A stretch of 64,000 bases of DNA from Pirellulales bacterium (lineage in GTDB: Bacteria; Planctomycetota; Planctomycetia; Pirellulales; JADZDJ01): positions 9,357-73,356 of the forward strand of contig DASRSD010000152.1 of assembly GCA_035656635.1 (NCBI GenBank), given 5' to 3'. The position numbers were made by a program, and so were the translations under genes. Below the pieces are notes generated by a model. The model saw only the letters and a list, made by a program, of their open reading frames with translations, was not told where the DNA came from and searched no databases. Positions 62,475 through 64,000 of the stretch are shown here, piece after piece; within the stretch, counting starts at the first letter, position 1; the number at the start of each line of letters is the position of its first letter.

Positions 62475-63212
62475 GATGCGGCTCCATCCGCTTCCGCGTG
62501 ACAGAAAGATCCCTCCAAGGAAGTAGTCGGGCAACTAACTGCCCCGATTGATGGTTTTCGTGGCCGACCGCACATCTTATTGCTCAGTGTTCGGGTGGTG
62601 ACCGCGGAGCTTCTGAAGTCGAAAAGATCGCCATAAGCGGTAATGCCTACGGCGTCGGCATAGTCCCTTCGCCGGGTCCTGGGCGCTCCGCCCACGGCTT
62701 GCATGGGCGTGAATATCGCAGCAAGCAGCTATGGCGGCCCACGTAATCGGCGGGCAGAGACTTCTCGCTATCTGCCGGCGGCAACTCGGCACATCCGCAC
62801 GACAGCGTGGCCCAAAAACGCGCTTGCTGCGGCCTCTGAATTCATGTAGTGTACATTTGTTTAAATTTGCGTATTGTATACGCATTGCGGCCGAGCGGCC
62901 GATAAGATTTCGCCAGAGAAAATAGAAGGACTAATGCGGCGACCGAAGCGGTTTCGCAACGGTGAGACAACACTAATGGGATGCCGCGACCGCCCTTCAA
63001 ACGACATCAATAATTGATCAACAATGCACACCCTGGGACGAAAACTCGCTGAGTTCTGTCACGCCTCGCTGCAGCGCGGCCCGCGAATTTCTCGGGAGCC
63101 GCGGGCCGCCTTGGCGACAAATCGACTTGGTTCTGTGGCCCCAGAAAAAATCCGGGACAAAACACAGGCCGCGCACTCGCTCTTTGGCGCCGTGTGGCAT
63201 AAAATCGCGGGG

Positions 63213-63881
63213 ATGTCGCGAGAAACATGGAATGCTGTGGAGCGGTACTTCGTCGATTTATTGGTGCAGCCGGATGCCGCGCTGAATGCGGCGGTGGCCG
63301 ATAGCGAAGCGGCCGGATTGCCGGCGATCGCAGTGACGCCCAATTTGGGAAAGCTGTTGATGCTGCTGGCGCAAACCGTCGGTGCGCGAAATATTTTGGA
63401 AATTGGAACTTTAGGCGGATACAGCACCATTTGGATGGCCCGGGCGCTGCCGGCCGGCGGTCGGCTGATTACGCTGGAAGCAGAAGCCAAGCACGCCGAG
63501 ATTGCGCGAAAGAACATTGCCCGAGCGGGCGTGGCCGACAGGGTTGAGCTGCGATTAGGGAAGGCGCTAGATACGTTGCCCCAATTGAGCGCCGAAGGGC
63601 GCGGGCCGTTTGATTTGATTTTTATTGATGCGGACAAGGAAAATAATGCCGAGTATTTTCGATGGGGATTAAAGCTTTCTCGTCACGGAAGTTTGATTGT
63701 GATTGACAACGTCGTGCGCAACGGCGCGGTGATTGATCGGGGTACGAATGATGCAAGTGTGGAAGGAGTACGCCGCTGCAATGAACTTATGGCGGTGGAA
63801 CCACGCGTTTCGGTCACGGCCCTGCAAACCGTGGGAAGCAAAGGCTACGACGGTTTTGCCGTGGCGCGAGTGATTTCGTAA
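63213..63881 (+). CDS. class I SAM-dependent O-methyltransferase (caffeoyl-CoA OMT / Mdm-like family)
   Basis: I start it at MSRETWNAVERYF. ILEIGTLGGYSTIWMA is motif I and ..FDLIFIDADKENN.. is the metal-binding DxD region. Confidence 0.85.
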   Translation: MSRETWNAVERYFVDLLVQPDAALNAAVADSEAAGLPAIAVTPNLGKLLMLLAQTVGARNILEIGTLGGYSTIWMARALPAGGRLITLEAEAKHAEIARKNIARAGVADRVELRLGKALDTLPQLSAEGRGPFDLIFIDADKENNAEYFRWGLKLSRHGSLIVIDNVVRNGAVIDRGTNDASVEGVRRCNELMAVEPRVSVTALQTVGSKGYDGFAVARVIS

Positions 63882-63926
63882 ATCAATTCATCATTCCGGA
63901 AAACACATTCAGAGGAGCCTTGATCA

Positions 63927-64000
63927 ATGCCCTTCGTCGCCGGCTTGGGAATTTTTTGGGTTTTGGTCATCCTGGCAGCGTCGATTTTTTGGATTTGGAT
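63927..64000 (+). CDS. start of a membrane protein (runs off the right edge)
   Basis: The ATG at 63927 follows AGAGGAG. MPFVAGLGIFWVLVILAASIFWIW is hydrophobic. Only 24 codons are visible. Confidence 0.3.
   Translation, partial: MPFVAGLGIFWVLVILAASIFWIW

Overview
This is a 64-kb window from a moderately GC-rich PVC-group bacterium, most likely a Planctomycetota (Pirellulales-like) genome. The basis for that guess is a DUF1559 / H-X9-DG pseudopilin-like protein, eight PEP-CTERM proteins (four with dockerin-like repeats), and a leader of the LEQLERHDLLA type. Layout: (1) 1-1.6 kb holds housekeeping pth-rplY and tRNA-Arg(CCT). (2) 1.6-10.9 kb is a visibly more AT-rich island. It carries a disrupted RHS/YD polymorphic-toxin gene, an EF-G-domain-IV-like putative immunity gene, a second secreted-protein/small-ORF pair and an excisionase-like HTH gene, and it is bracketed by tRNA-Arg(CCT) copies. 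No integrase is present. (3) 11-16 kb holds tRNA-Gly(CCC), a Gp49/XRE toxin-antitoxin (TA) pair, a tRNA-Ser-like gene with an Ile (UAU) anticodon, an RHH gene and an IS1-family transposase. (4) 16-34.5 kb is a glycan-degradation and cell-surface cluster: a GH95-like enzyme, GH2, two GH16, CBM-like proteins, an S1 peptidase, DUF1559 and PEP-CTERM proteins. (5) 34.7-37.5 kb encodes a PhoR/PhoB-like two-component system. (6) 38.5-55.6 kb encodes a near-complete reductive pyrimidine catabolism set: dihydropyrimidinase, a PreA-like dehydrogenase, beta-ureidopropionase, an AGXT2-like aminotransferase, MmsA and an NCS1 permease. These genes are scattered on both strands and interleaved with TA modules, SdpR/SdpI and a RAYT-REP unit. 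(7) 55.6-60.5 kb is a patch of small TA cassettes and decayed genes. (8) 60.6-62.5 kb holds two tandem paralogous lipoproteins, followed by an O-methyltransferase. The observations I rate highest are the tRNA-Ser-like/UAU gene, the EF-G-domain-IV-like ORF overlapping the RHS toxin stop, the RAYT-REP block sitting inside a TA toxin gene, the repeated leaderless promoter module in front of unrelated antitoxins, and a perfect 33-bp palindrome flanked by 8-bp direct repeats. I found no CRISPR array, rRNA, integrase or recognisable named defence system. All calls come from reading the sequence and the ORF track by eye, and no database search was run.
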